Positions 1-9,788 of a DNA stretch of 50,959 bases are shown piece after piece (position 1 is the first letter of the stretch; every line of letters starts with the position of its first letter). The stretch covers positions 1-50,959 of IMG/VR virus record IMGVR_UViG_3300037484_000760; one strand, 5' to 3'. Below the pieces are notes generated by a model, which saw nothing but the letters and a program-made list of their open reading frames with translations, searched no databases and had not been told where the DNA came from. This DNA is from a virus. Taxonomy: Duplodnaviria; Caudoviricetes. A program made the position numbers and the translations under genes.

Positions 1-127
1 CCTTACTTGTTGTCAACACTCCTAACTTCCCTGTCACAGCTAATGCAACGGCTCCAGTGACGCTGGCAACCTCAGTTCTTTGGCCCGGAAGCTTCTCTCA
101 TTCAACTTACTCCATTACGTTTAACGG
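1..127 (+). repeat. 127-bp exact repeat, copy 1 (other copy 49770..49896)
   Basis: Direct base-by-base identity, followed by divergence at mostly synonymous positions. Confidence 0.97.
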
Positions 128-1487
128 TCCGGTATCCTTCCCGGATGCTCAAGTGTTCACCGGTCCGGGGGCAGTGGTCTTCGGTTCCGGCTCAGTCTCT
201 GCAATCAATCCGGCATGGGGGTCGGGAACGGATACGGCTAAGACGCAATGGGCGGTTACAACAGCTCTGGCCTCTGGCGTTATGCCTATTGAAGTGTCGC
301 GCAAATACACCCTGACGAGTGCCGTAACCATAGATCGAGCCGTTGACACAACTACCAACGATCTCAGGATTATAGGTAAGGGGCTTGATGCCGGGTTCTA
401 TACTGCATCAGCTATCAGCATGTTTTCCAGCTCTATAGCAAACACTGATGACCCTGTGTCCGAACACATTTCCTTTGAGAACATTCGTTTTGCCGCAGAT
501 AGCGCAGCGACAAACTGCTACGTTATGGATGGGAACAAATTCCTCCGCGTTAAGATGAACAACTGCTATTTTTACGGAATTCGCCTTGCTAATACTGACC
601 AGTATTATCAGTCATGGGATATAACCAACAGTTATCTTACCGGCTGGCAGGGGACTTGGTGGAATGCCACAAACGGTGGAGGTACATTCGGGGGTAGGTT
701 CCTTGATTTGCATATCAGTCATTTTAAAGTTGAATTTGGCGCAGTAGGGAATAGCAAACTCATCGTAAGCGCAGGGCAGATTATAGGTGGTGCATTCACA
801 AACTCGCTGGTCGAGAATTTTGATGGTCCGGTTATAGAAACAAATGGCTTCGCAGGGTTCGATATATCAGGTAATTATTTTGAAGCAATAGTAAACCCCG
901 CGTTAAAACTTGGGACCACTGTTTCTTTAAGCCTAGTAGGCAACAACTTTGTTGATCCCAGCAGTGCAGCATGGATTGCCGTAGATTGCGAAACTTCGGC
1001 TAATGTCTACAGTTCGGGGAACGATAGCAGTGCTCACTTGTTTGATGATTCGGGCATGGTACGAGGTTCAGGAGATGGGCTAGTGTCCTTCGGGGATGTT
1101 GCAGTTGGGAATATCTACATTGATGCCGCGAAAAACCAATTAACCAAAACAGGAACATTGACCGGGTTCACCACCACAGTTCAGCAACTTTACTATGTTA
1201 CTCGTAATGCCAATGTAGTAACAATGTCATGGGATACCCAGACTGGAACAAGCAATGCGACCACTATGACGCTGACGGGGGTTATCCCTACCAGTTGGCT
1301 TCCTGCGACACAGAAATCCATATCAATCATCGTACAGGATAACGGCTCTTGGACTACTGGGCTCATGGTCATATCCAGTGCAGGAGTTTCAATCTACAAA
1401 GATATAACCGCCGGGACTCTACCGTTTACCGCATCCGGGACTAAGGGAATAGGTCGGCAGTCGATTAGTTACAGTATTGTACCTTAA
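3..1487 (+). CDS. Tailspike/tail-fibre protein with parallel beta-helix body, 5'-truncated at the window edge (variant B)
   Basis: Frame is open from position 3 (LLVVNTPNF...). Contains 'NPAWGSGTDTA', N/S/G-rich beta-helix-like repeats and a C-terminal 'YVTRNANVVTM...IPTSWLP' fibre-tip-like domain. Confidence 0.75.
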   Translation, partial: LLVVNTPNFPVTANATAPVTLATSVLWPGSFSHSTYSITFNGPVSFPDAQVFTGPGAVVFGSGSVSAINPAWGSGTDTAKTQWAVTTALASGVMPIEVSRKYTLTSAVTIDRAVDTTTNDLRIIGKGLDAGFYTASAISMFSSSIANTDDPVSEHISFENIRFAADSAATNCYVMDGNKFLRVKMNNCYFYGIRLANTDQYYQSWDITNSYLTGWQGTWWNATNGGGTFGGRFLDLHISHFKVEFGAVGNSKLIVSAGQIIGGAFTNSLVENFDGPVIETNGFAGFDISGNYFEAIVNPALKLGTTVSLSLVGNNFVDPSSAAWIAVDCETSANVYSSGNDSSAHLFDDSGMVRGSGDGLVSFGDVAVGNIYIDAAKNQLTKTGTLTGFTTTVQQLYYVTRNANVVTMSWDTQTGTSNATTMTLTGVIPTSWLPATQKSISIIVQDNGSWTTGLMVISSAGVSIYKDITAGTLPFTASGTKGIGRQSISYSIVP

Positions 1488-1516
1488 CGACCATCAACAA
1501 CCGAGAGGTGAAGAGC

Positions 1517-1822
1517 ATGGCTGAACATGAGCAGGCACGGTCCGGCGATGAGCGAAGAGCGCGGCCCCCTCTCCACGTAGAATGCCAGATGTTTGTTACG
1601 GAGGAAAGCCGGGTGGCTGTTCGGCACGTAATCACCCTCATGACCCCGGAGAATATCCAGGTGGTTGAACGGTGGCTTGACAGGCTGAAAAAGGCTGAAT
1701 CATCGGCGTGGGATATATTCGTGAGGTCTGTAAAGGTCGGCGTATTTCTGATAGCCGCAACGATTCTTTACCAACTGACGCAAGCTGAATTCGTTTCATG
1801 GTTGAAGAAGATAGTAAAATGA
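1517..1822 (+). CDS. Small membrane protein (possible holin/anti-holin type)
   Basis: GAGG upstream; single C-terminal hydrophobic segment (VGVFLIAATILYQL) and basic tail. Confidence 0.55.
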   Translation: MAEHEQARSGDERRARPPLHVECQMFVTEESRVAVRHVITLMTPENIQVVERWLDRLKKAESSAWDIFVRSVKVGVFLIAATILYQLTQAEFVSWLKKIVK

Positions 1823-1903
1823 TCATCTGCCCCACGGCAATCCAAGCACCGAGAGTGAGGCATTGCGGGTGTAGATACTGCGACCTAGGCAGGGAGGTAA
1901 TTG

Positions 1904-2140
1904 ATGAATGCAATCCTCCGAGAACAACAAGAAGCGTGTCGGGAATGCCCGGCGCGAAATGGGAATGCGCTCAACTGCGCCAGGATGCCATCAGACACTC
2001 CGGCTTGTTTGCCACGGCCCTTGCCGACCGAGATTGATGCAGGGGAAGTGCAGCCAAGCGTGTCCGTTCCAGCCGGATATGTGCATAATTCAGTTGTCTT
2101 AAAACAGGCTCTTGAACTGATAGAGGAGAAGAAATCATGA
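1904..2140 (+). CDS. Hypothetical Cys-containing protein
   Basis: GGAGGT RBS upstream; stop overlaps the next ATG (ATGA). Confidence 0.5.
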   Translation: MNAILREQQEACRECPARNGNALNCARMPSDTPACLPRPLPTEIDAGEVQPSVSVPAGYVHNSVVLKQALELIEEKKS

Positions 2141-3258
2141 AGAAAATACTTGCATGGGTGGTGATGATCAGTCTGGTGGCTTCCAATGCTTTCGGCTTTG
2201 GAGCGGGGACCGGGTGGTATCCACCGGCAGGCCCTTCAGACGGCCAGATGTTAGCATGGGACTCGGCGACGAACTCCGTGGTTTGGACTACCGGCACCGG
2301 GACGGGTGATCTGCTGGCGGGAACTATGGGGGCGGCGGGGAGCATCTGCGTAAATACCGCTGTTGCTAATACTCTTGATTGCAATGTGGCACAGGCCACG
2401 TTTGAGCCTGATATTACTTTCGGGACTGGGGTTTTAACGGCCCTTGGAGTCAATGTAGGCTCTGTCGGTGCTCCTGTAATTAACGGTGGTGCTCTTGGAA
2501 CTCCTTCCAGTGGAACTCTTACAAACTGCACATTCCCAACGCTTAATCAGAACACCAGCGGAACGGCGGCGGGTCTTTCAGGTACTCCAAATATCACAGT
2601 CGGCACAGTCAGCGCCGGAGCTGGTGGAATGCTCGTTGACGCTGATGGAGATACTACCGTCAAGAGTATTGCGATAGCTGCGTCAGCCGCTCCAGGCGGG
2701 GGATATATGGATTCAGACGCCCCCGGCGCAGATAAAGAAGTAGCATTTGACGGGGCGGCTTATGTCGATGGGGCCGATGGCTCGGAGAATGGGACACGCG
2801 ATCTTTACGTCCATGAGGGGGGAACAAGAACCTCATACATTCAACTTGACGGTAAGAACGTCCAGGTGGAGATTAACAAGCCCGTAACCCTTGGAGCGAA
2901 CAACTTTGTTACTACTGGTTCAATGTCGGCTGGCATCCCGAGTGTGGCCGATGCTGATGCTCATTCAGTAACGGGCGCGGAAGCCTACGGTTACATGGGA
3001 TGGGCGACAGGGGCGGGAACATGGACACTCCCGGCTGCGGTGGCCGGGATGAATCTTTGCGTCTATTCAACAACTGCGGCGGCGATTGTGATTAACCCTG
3101 ATGATGCAGATGTTATTGTCCTAAATGGAACGGCATTGAGTGCAGGGGATTCGATTACATCTGCTTCCGGCGCGGGAGACTTTATCTGCATCGTTGCCAG
3201 AGATGGAACAAACTGGCATACACTTGGACGCTCCGGCACTTGGACTGATACCAACTAG
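2137..3258 (+). CDS. Tail-fibre-like protein with N-terminal signal peptide
   Basis: MKKILAWVVMISLVASNAFG signal-like N-terminus; G/T/A-rich; LGTPSSGTLTNCT and TLPAAVAG motifs of the kind seen in phage fibre proteins. Confidence 0.65.
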   Translation: MKKILAWVVMISLVASNAFGFGAGTGWYPPAGPSDGQMLAWDSATNSVVWTTGTGTGDLLAGTMGAAGSICVNTAVANTLDCNVAQATFEPDITFGTGVLTALGVNVGSVGAPVINGGALGTPSSGTLTNCTFPTLNQNTSGTAAGLSGTPNITVGTVSAGAGGMLVDADGDTTVKSIAIAASAAPGGGYMDSDAPGADKEVAFDGAAYVDGADGSENGTRDLYVHEGGTRTSYIQLDGKNVQVEINKPVTLGANNFVTTGSMSAGIPSVADADAHSVTGAEAYGYMGWATGAGTWTLPAAVAGMNLCVYSTTAAAIVINPDDADVIVLNGTALSAGDSITSASGAGDFICIVARDGTNWHTLGRSGTWTDTN

Positions 3259-3271
3259 GAGGACGAATTCG

Positions 3272-4015
3272 ATGAAATCATTCCTTGTGATTCTAATAAC
3301 CCTTTTCTCAATAGTCCACTGCTATGCGGGGGGAGTAATGATGATGGGCGGTGGAGTGCCGGTTGTGGCTGGCGGTTTTTGCTCTACAGGATGCACGGGA
3401 GACCTTGTTTTCTGCTGGGGCATCGACGGCGACGCTGTTACAGGGGACTCAATAACTCTCACAGATGGATGTTCCGCAGGTGATGCTACAGTCACATTTA
3501 ATAGTGGAACCACGGTGGAGCCTAATCCCTCCGGTAGTGGGTACGCGCTATACTTCCCAACATCAAGCGATACGGGTCTGTTCGACGTAACAACAGACGA
3601 TATCCTTGACGATACAGTTGGGACATTCCAGGCAGATATCTACGTTACAACTTGGGCTGATTTGACAGGCGTATTGAGAGTATTTGGGCAAATAGACACG
3701 GATTTTGTACGGATTAGGTTAAGTGGCACAGATGAAATCACAATTTCACATGAGGGGAACAATGCAGGAACCGTTACAGCTACAACAGGCGCGGCTAACA
3801 TGGTAATTAATGGTTGGTATACGATAACAGGCAAGTGGCGAACAGGTGTTACTGACCCGTCGCTGTCTATAACTGCCAATGCAAGCACTGGTACGTCTAC
3901 AACAGATTTGACCGAATGGGCAATACAGCCATCGCAGATACAGCTGGGGCGACCCGACGGTGTTGCTGGGGTACTCTACATGAAAAATATTAAAATTTGG
4001 AAGGCATGGCAATGA
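3272..4015 (+). CDS. Secreted-type protein, probable LamG/concanavalin-like beta-sandwich
   Basis: AGGAGG RBS; MKSFLVILITLFSIVHCYA signal-like N-terminus; 'GWYTITGKW...YMKNIKIW' LamG-like pattern. Confidence 0.6.
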   Translation: MKSFLVILITLFSIVHCYAGGVMMMGGGVPVVAGGFCSTGCTGDLVFCWGIDGDAVTGDSITLTDGCSAGDATVTFNSGTTVEPNPSGSGYALYFPTSSDTGLFDVTTDDILDDTVGTFQADIYVTTWADLTGVLRVFGQIDTDFVRIRLSGTDEITISHEGNNAGTVTATTGAANMVINGWYTITGKWRTGVTDPSLSITANASTGTSTTDLTEWAIQPSQIQLGRPDGVAGVLYMKNIKIWKAWQ

Positions 4016-5673
4016 GAATAACTATATTTGTAACTTTATTACTTGCACTGTCATCACAAATATATGCCGCTCCATCTGTATCTACGGTATCAGGTACAGT
4101 ATCGCATGGACAAAGTGTTACAGTGTCGGGCGCGGCTTTTGGAACTCACGCAGATTACAATAGTATTTCTGATACATGGCAGGGTAATGATTTCCTAAAT
4201 TTCAGGTTTAAAGACTTTGAAGACAACGTCATGGAGTCTGATGGTCTAGTAACTAATTTTGACGATTCTCGTGCAGTGGCAACTCCGGGAGCCCATGCAG
4301 GCACCTATTACGGTAATCTATATTATGGTACAGCAGAAGAACGTATACAGTTGACAGTTGACAATATAAATTCCACAGGTACATGGTGGGCTTCATTTTG
4401 GTTTATGATGCCCGCAGATACGCAATCAGGTAAATTTTTCAGGATATATATGGGGGCAGATAGTTCACGGGACAATTTTTACCTGTCTACTGGATGTTCT
4501 GACAGAATGCTAAGAGGTGCGAATGAGGCCGGGGGTGCTACAGTATACGGGAGTCCTAACCAATTCGGAGTAGGGACATGGCATCGTGTTGATGTTTTAG
4601 CAACGGCGTCAACAGGTAACCTCAATGTAACTACGTGGATGGATGGGGCGCAGCAGTGGGCCAAAACTAATTGGGGGCCAAATTTAATTTATTCTCCTGA
4701 CGGCCATTCGTTTATGGCAAACGAAAGGATAGACGCTGTAGGAGCGAGTCGATGCGCCGCGCATCCAACATGGGATGGCGCGTACAATTATGATGATATA
4801 TATTTTTCTTACACTCAGGCCAGGGTTGAAATATGTTCAGGTAGCACTTGGGCTGCAAAAGGTACTTGTGAAATCCAGATACCCCAAACCTGGGCTGACA
4901 CTACTGCGGTTATTACTGTCAACCAAGGGGCATTTGCAGATAGTTCAACCAACTACCTTTATGTTGTGGATTCGGCTGGGGTGGCAAGCAACGCTGAAGA
5001 AATTACCTTCGGCGCTGGGGCACCAGACACCACGCCCCCAACGGTAACATCAGCATCAGTCAATGGCACTACAGTCACGGTTAACTTTGATGAAGCCGTT
5101 GTAACAACCGGCTATGATGCGGCTGATTTCAATATCGACTGTTCTACGGCAGGAACGGATATCTCCCTTACCAGCCCGACAGGGACAGGAGCAAGCAGGA
5201 CATTCACGGCGGCGTCATCCGTGGCGGCTGGCGATACCTGTAATCTTGATTATGTGGGCGGGGCCGATGACATAGAAGACGCGGTGGGAAACGACCTTGC
5301 AACATTTTCCGATACTTCCGTAACAGTCAATACTGCCGATGTTGCAGCCCCCATAACGACCATTTCAACAAGCGACCCGTCAACCATAGTTCCAGACAGC
5401 CTTTCTGCTACTGGCACTGCCTCTGATGCTGTTGGCGTTTCAGGTTGTAAATGGCGCATAGGGTTTGCCCCTGATGATACACACGGGACTTCCTGCACTG
5501 GAACGACCTCGTTTACCTGCGCCACTACCGGCTATGCTAGTGGAGCAAATACTTTGCATGTCGCTTGCTATGATGCCGCAGGAAACTACGGGGATGATTC
5601 GATAACAGTTAATTACGACCCCCCCGCGACTTGCCACACGGGTAGATCAATTAGCGGAATGTCGTTACAGTAA
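4012..5673 (+). CDS. Secreted-type multidomain protein (polysaccharide-lyase/lectin-like domain plus Ig-like repeats)
   Basis: MRITIFVTLLLALSSQIYA signal-like N-terminus; WHRVD and YDDIY jelly-roll-like motifs; DTTPPTV and GTASDAVGVS Ig-like linkers; paired Cys. Confidence 0.6.
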   Translation: MRITIFVTLLLALSSQIYAAPSVSTVSGTVSHGQSVTVSGAAFGTHADYNSISDTWQGNDFLNFRFKDFEDNVMESDGLVTNFDDSRAVATPGAHAGTYYGNLYYGTAEERIQLTVDNINSTGTWWASFWFMMPADTQSGKFFRIYMGADSSRDNFYLSTGCSDRMLRGANEAGGATVYGSPNQFGVGTWHRVDVLATASTGNLNVTTWMDGAQQWAKTNWGPNLIYSPDGHSFMANERIDAVGASRCAAHPTWDGAYNYDDIYFSYTQARVEICSGSTWAAKGTCEIQIPQTWADTTAVITVNQGAFADSSTNYLYVVDSAGVASNAEEITFGAGAPDTTPPTVTSASVNGTTVTVNFDEAVVTTGYDAADFNIDCSTAGTDISLTSPTGTGASRTFTAASSVAAGDTCNLDYVGGADDIEDAVGNDLATFSDTSVTVNTADVAAPITTISTSDPSTIVPDSLSATGTASDAVGVSGCKWRIGFAPDDTHGTSCTGTTSFTCATTGYASGANTLHVACYDAAGNYGDDSITVNYDPPATCHTGRSISGMSLQ

Positions 5674-5684
5674 GGAGAGGATAG

Positions 5685-6122
5685 ATGGCCCCAAGATGGT
5701 ATGAACATGCGTTAAAGGATAAAGGTCTGAAGGAAATCCCCGGCCAGGGTGCGAACCCCCGTATAGTGGAGATGTTCACTCACACTACTTACCACGCCAA
5801 ATCAGACGAAGTGAGTTGGTGTGCGGCGGGAATGTGTTGTTGGCTGGAAGAGTGCGGGATTCCTTCCACCCACTCAGCAGCGGCAATCTCATACGAGACG
5901 TACGGCACGAAGTTGACCGAGTTGAGGCAAGGGGCCATCCTGGTATTTAAACGCCGCGTACAGGGCAGACCTGATGCCAGACACGTAACATTCTGCTCAA
6001 GCGAGTGGACCGATACCCATGCCTATTGCTTCGGAGCGAACCAACACAACATGGCCGATTACTCTTGGATGCCCCTGAAAGACCTCGAAGAGATTCGTTG
6101 GCCGAAAGGTGAACCGCTGTAA
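5685..6122 (+). CDS. Endolysin, NlpC/P60-CHAP-like peptidase (TIGR02594-like)
   Basis: GLKEIPG..NPRI, DEVSWCAA, HVTF and GANQ motifs. Confidence 0.85.
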   Translation: MAPRWYEHALKDKGLKEIPGQGANPRIVEMFTHTTYHAKSDEVSWCAAGMCCWLEECGIPSTHSAAAISYETYGTKLTELRQGAILVFKRRVQGRPDARHVTFCSSEWTDTHAYCFGANQHNMADYSWMPLKDLEEIRWPKGEPL

Positions 6123-6149
6123 GTCAGTACTACTTAAAAGGAGAACAAA

Positions 6150-6422
6150 ATGGAACAGATTAAAGCAATGTTGGCAAGCTGGCAGCCGGTTGTATCGACG
6201 TGGGTGATTGCGTTCTTTTCATTCGTAATGTTTAAGCCTGCATACTTTGCCGATTGGTTGGTTGACTTGGCGATATGGGGAGCTGGTGGTGGTTTGGTCG
6301 CTTTAGGCTTTGTAACGAAACAACATAACGTCACTGGTGGGACAAAGCCTATTGCCAGTAATGAGGCTGCAAGGGCTTCAGTCTTGGAACCTACTTCGAC
6401 AAAGGAAGGAGTCCAGAAATGA
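6150..6422 (+). CDS. Putative holin
   Basis: Two hydrophobic segments, charged C-terminus, adjacent to the endolysin. Confidence 0.6.
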   Translation: MEQIKAMLASWQPVVSTWVIAFFSFVMFKPAYFADWLVDLAIWGAGGGLVALGFVTKQHNVTGGTKPIASNEAARASVLEPTSTKEGVQK

Positions 6423-6664
6423 GAAAACTACTTATCCTGTCATCAGTACTCATGGCGGGCTGTCAGACGCTGAGCGTTCCAGTCACAGTTAACTTACCCT
6501 CAGGGGCGGTTACAGGGGATGTATCTCCGCTTGAAATCTACGTCTCTCTGACGAACTGTAACAACAAGGAAGTTGTCATCCCAACTGACATGCTCCGCAA
6601 CGCAAACCTTCAGGCACCGATGCAGGGCGGGACTACTCAGGGAGATCAAGTACAAGGAAAATAA
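6419..6664 (+). CDS. Lipoprotein (possible spanin component)
   Basis: MRKLLILSSVLMAG-C lipobox-like N-terminus within the lysis cassette. Confidence 0.6.
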   Translation: MRKLLILSSVLMAGCQTLSVPVTVNLPSGAVTGDVSPLEIYVSLTNCNNKEVVIPTDMLRNANLQAPMQGGTTQGDQVQGK

Positions 6665-6691
6665 CACTTGGGGTGGAAATTAACCCAAGTG
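6665..6691 (-). promoter_or_regulatory. 27-bp dispersed palindromic site #1
   Basis: CACTTGGGGTGGAAATTAACCCAAGTG, intergenic before the small terminase. Confidence 0.85.
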
Positions 6692-6707
6692 ATTGTTGGA
6701 GGACCTC

Positions 6708-7214
6708 ATGGCAGGAGTAGCTGGAAGAAGCGGAAGACGGCCGGTCTTCGATAGACAGTACCAATTACAGAATATGTCCCAGATTCATCACGAGATAGTT
6801 CGCCTTCTCCTGCTTGGTTGGGGCAATAAGGAGATCGCTGAGCACTTTGGTGTGACTGAGGCAATGGTCTGCTATACGGCTAACTCCCGCATTGTGCAGG
6901 ACAAGCTGGCTATGCTCCGACAAGTGCGTGATGCGGAGGCTATAGACGTGGCTCAGCGCATCAAAGAGCTAGCCCCCGAGTGCATCGACACCCTGGATGA
7001 GATTCGAAGGAACGATAACGCCGGCTTTGCCATACGGGCCAAGGTTTCGATGGACCTTCTTGACCGTGCCGGCTACGCTGCCCCCAAAGTTATTCGAGCA
7101 GAAGGAGTTGTCGCCCACCTTACCATGGACGACATAGCGGAGATCAAGAGAAGGGCAATAACTCAAGGGATCGAGTCAGGAGTAATAATAGATGCAGTCG
7201 CTGAGTGCGCTTGA
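6708..7214 (+). CDS. Terminase small subunit (HTH)
   Basis: MAGVAGRSGRRP N-terminus, HTH (GWGNKEIAEHFGVTEAMV), 'LLDRAGY' motif, directly upstream of TerL. Confidence 0.75.
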   Translation: MAGVAGRSGRRPVFDRQYQLQNMSQIHHEIVRLLLLGWGNKEIAEHFGVTEAMVCYTANSRIVQDKLAMLRQVRDAEAIDVAQRIKELAPECIDTLDEIRRNDNAGFAIRAKVSMDLLDRAGYAAPKVIRAEGVVAHLTMDDIAEIKRRAITQGIESGVIIDAVAECA

Positions 7215-8700
7215 CATACGATCAAACTCCGACGTCAAAGATATTTTGGCCCAATGCTACGTCAACGACGCAGTTTTCGCCAAAACTATCTTTCCCGAGA
7301 GGTTTAATTTGCCCTTCTCTTCGATCCATCAGACCGTTTTCGAGGCTATGGAGAGTGGAAGGCAGAAGATAGTCATTGCCGCGCCTAGGGGTTCCGGAAA
7401 GACGACCATTTCCAACCTACTTTTTCCGGCAAAGAAGATTCTCTTCCGAGATAAGCGCTTTATAGTGCCTATTTCCAACACTGCGACGCAGGCAACTATG
7501 CAGTCAGAGAACTTGAAGGCCGAACTCTGTTCGAATACGCTGGTTCGGTCCTTCTTCGGGGACGTAAAAAGCAGTGAAACCTTCTCTAAGGATATGTGGG
7601 TGGCTTATGCGGACCCAGAAGCAGGCGATCCGGGGGTAGTTATTCTCCCTCGAGGCGCAGGACAGCAGATTCGTGGCTTCAACTGGCGTGGATTCCGCCC
7701 TGATCTCATCATAGGGGACGATCTCGAGAACGCGGAAGATGTGAGGAACCCTGATACTAGGAAGAAGATCAAGGAATGGTTCTTCGCTGACGTTATGAAC
7801 TCAGTTGACCGCAGCAAGAACTGGCAGATTATAGTTGTCGGTACAGTTCTGCATGAGGATAGCTTGCTGGAGAACCTACTTAATGACCCGACTTGGTTCC
7901 CAATCCGCTTGGAGATATGCGATGATAATTATCATAGTAATTGGCCTGACTTACTTAGCGACTCTGCTGTTAGAGAGTTGGCTAACATGTATCGAGCGCA
8001 CGGGTTGCTTGACGTCTTCTATCGAGAGTATAGAAATATGCCCATCTCGACCGAGGACGCTACCTTTAGGAAGGAGTACTTTCGGTATTATAAGGAGGTC
8101 GATGAAGACTTTTTGCGGGAGAAGCGGGGACTTGAGACAGTTGTCCTGCTCGACCCAGCGAAGACAGTCAAGATACACTCCGCGGAGAGTGGGATTATAA
8201 CTCTTGGGCTTGATAGGAAGCAGGGCCGCATCTATGTCCGAAACGTCATTGCGGAGAAGTTGTACCCTGACCAGATATATAAGGCGGTTCTTGATCAAGC
8301 AGTTCAGTTTAATGCAACTGCTATTGGGATTGAGGTGACTTCGCTTAACGAATTCATCACTTACCCCTTCAAGAACGAGATGGTTAAAAGAGGGAAGATA
8401 TATCCGCTTATCGAACTGAAGGCTGTAGGGAAGAAGGAGGAACGTATAGCTTCAATGGTTCCCTTCTACCGCGGCGGCCACGTTATACATAATGAAGAGT
8501 GTGCTGGAGTTCTCGAAGGCCAGCTCCTTTCCTTCCCGCGCTGTACTCGATTCGACGCTATTGATGCCTTAGCTTACTTCGTCAAACTCTTTGACATTGG
8601 AGATAGGTTCTTCGAAAGCGAGAAGGCTGACGAAGATGAGTATGCTGACCTGGCTGAGATGGAACCTTTGCCTCTTATGGAACCTTGGAGGATTTGCTAA
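7192..8700 (+). CDS. terL: Terminase large subunit
   Basis: Walker A APRGSGKTT, Walker B RPDLIIGDD, VGT motif, RNase H-like nuclease (LDPA...FDAIDALAY). Confidence 0.95.
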   Translation: MQSLSALDIRSNSDVKDILAQCYVNDAVFAKTIFPERFNLPFSSIHQTVFEAMESGRQKIVIAAPRGSGKTTISNLLFPAKKILFRDKRFIVPISNTATQATMQSENLKAELCSNTLVRSFFGDVKSSETFSKDMWVAYADPEAGDPGVVILPRGAGQQIRGFNWRGFRPDLIIGDDLENAEDVRNPDTRKKIKEWFFADVMNSVDRSKNWQIIVVGTVLHEDSLLENLLNDPTWFPIRLEICDDNYHSNWPDLLSDSAVRELANMYRAHGLLDVFYREYRNMPISTEDATFRKEYFRYYKEVDEDFLREKRGLETVVLLDPAKTVKIHSAESGIITLGLDRKQGRIYVRNVIAEKLYPDQIYKAVLDQAVQFNATAIGIEVTSLNEFITYPFKNEMVKRGKIYPLIELKAVGKKEERIASMVPFYRGGHVIHNEECAGVLEGQLLSFPRCTRFDAIDALAYFVKLFDIGDRFFESEKADEDEYADLAEMEPLPLMEPWRIC

Positions 8701-9077
8701 TGGCTGAGAGGGAGTGGTATATAGGTACAGTTGGTCCGTTCTTCATGGACACAGATGATCCTCTGTTTCTTGATGAGCGGCAGATGCTAACTCGCCAGGA
8801 ACTTGATGTGGCTGGAGATGTAATTAACTTCATACATGATTCTGATGAGCAGAATCCGCCGGATGAAGATACAGAGTTGTTACTTATTGATCTATCTGTA
8901 GTTATGGGGGCTACTCAGCTTTCTTTTAAGAAGATTTCTTGGGCTAATCTTAAGTCCGCCCTTATCGCGGATTTGCCTGGGTTAACTCAGGATGTGACGG
9001 TAGTAACTGACATAGGCCCTCCGCAGGTAACATCTGTTCTTCATTTCACTGATGGACTTTTAACTAGTATTACATAG
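8700..9077 (+). CDS. Hypothetical virion protein
   Basis: Coupled to the terL stop; acidic; ends in LHFTDGLLTSIT. Confidence 0.6.
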   Translation: MAEREWYIGTVGPFFMDTDDPLFLDERQMLTRQELDVAGDVINFIHDSDEQNPPDEDTELLLIDLSVVMGATQLSFKKISWANLKSALIADLPGLTQDVTVVTDIGPPQVTSVLHFTDGLLTSIT

Positions 9078-9087
9078 GAGAACTGTT

Positions 9088-9780
9088 ATGACTCTTGATG
9101 CAAGTAAACCTACAGATGAAGAGATTCTTTCATTCCACGCTTCCTATATAAGGGAGATTAAGGCCGCTCTAAATACTCTTGAGGAGGCTCAAGCTGAGGG
9201 GCTGCTTCCTGCTGCAACCCTGGCAGCGAACGCTGATACTTCTCCGTCGGTAGATGGAGTTGTTCTCCTGGTTACGCAGAACGCAGGCGCCACGCTTATC
9301 AGCTTCTTTGATGACGCTTATGACGGCCAGTTCATCATACTCCTCGCTGGGGACGCCTACACAACCGTGCAGCATGACAGTGGCCTTATTCAACTGACCA
9401 GTTTGGGTAACGTAAAACTCCGTCAAGGTGAGGCTATCCTTCTGGCCTTCTACGACAGCGTTTGGCATGAGGTAGGGGGCTACAAGAGAACGACGCAGAA
9501 GATCGTTACTGATGCAACTTATTCGGTGCTCAACACAGACGTAGCGCTGATTGGTAATGCAGCTGCTGGAGACCAAACGTTTACCCTTCCTCTAGCGTCC
9601 TCCGTCTCAGAGGGCCACGAGGTGCAGGTGAAGAAACTCAGCTCTCATGCAGGCGTGGTCAACACTATTCGTCAGGCATCTGACTACATCGACAACGGGA
9701 CTGAGTACGAACTAACCCTCGAGGGCGAGTGCGTTACTTTCTCCTCTGATGGTTCCACAACTTGGTATCGCTTTAACTAG
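9088..9780 (+). CDS. Tail/fibre-like virion protein
   Basis: AGGAG RBS; C-terminal 'TFTLPLASS...VQVKK...DGSTTW' fibre-type domain. Confidence 0.55.
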   Translation: MTLDASKPTDEEILSFHASYIREIKAALNTLEEAQAEGLLPAATLAANADTSPSVDGVVLLVTQNAGATLISFFDDAYDGQFIILLAGDAYTTVQHDSGLIQLTSLGNVKLRQGEAILLAFYDSVWHEVGGYKRTTQKIVTDATYSVLNTDVALIGNAAAGDQTFTLPLASSVSEGHEVQVKKLSSHAGVVNTIRQASDYIDNGTEYELTLEGECVTFSSDGSTTWYRFN

Positions 9781-9788
9781 GGGTTTCT

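Noticed and set aside
1-127. 127-bp repeat as a biological direct terminal repeat
   Set aside because: The second copy is about 1 kb inside the contig end, lies mid-gene, and its length equals a typical assembly k-mer.
1-200. Diversity-generating retroelement TR/VR pair or invertible shufflon for the two tailspikes
   Set aside because: Differences are not adenine-specific and are mostly synonymous, the copies are in direct orientation, and no reverse transcriptase or invertase is encoded.
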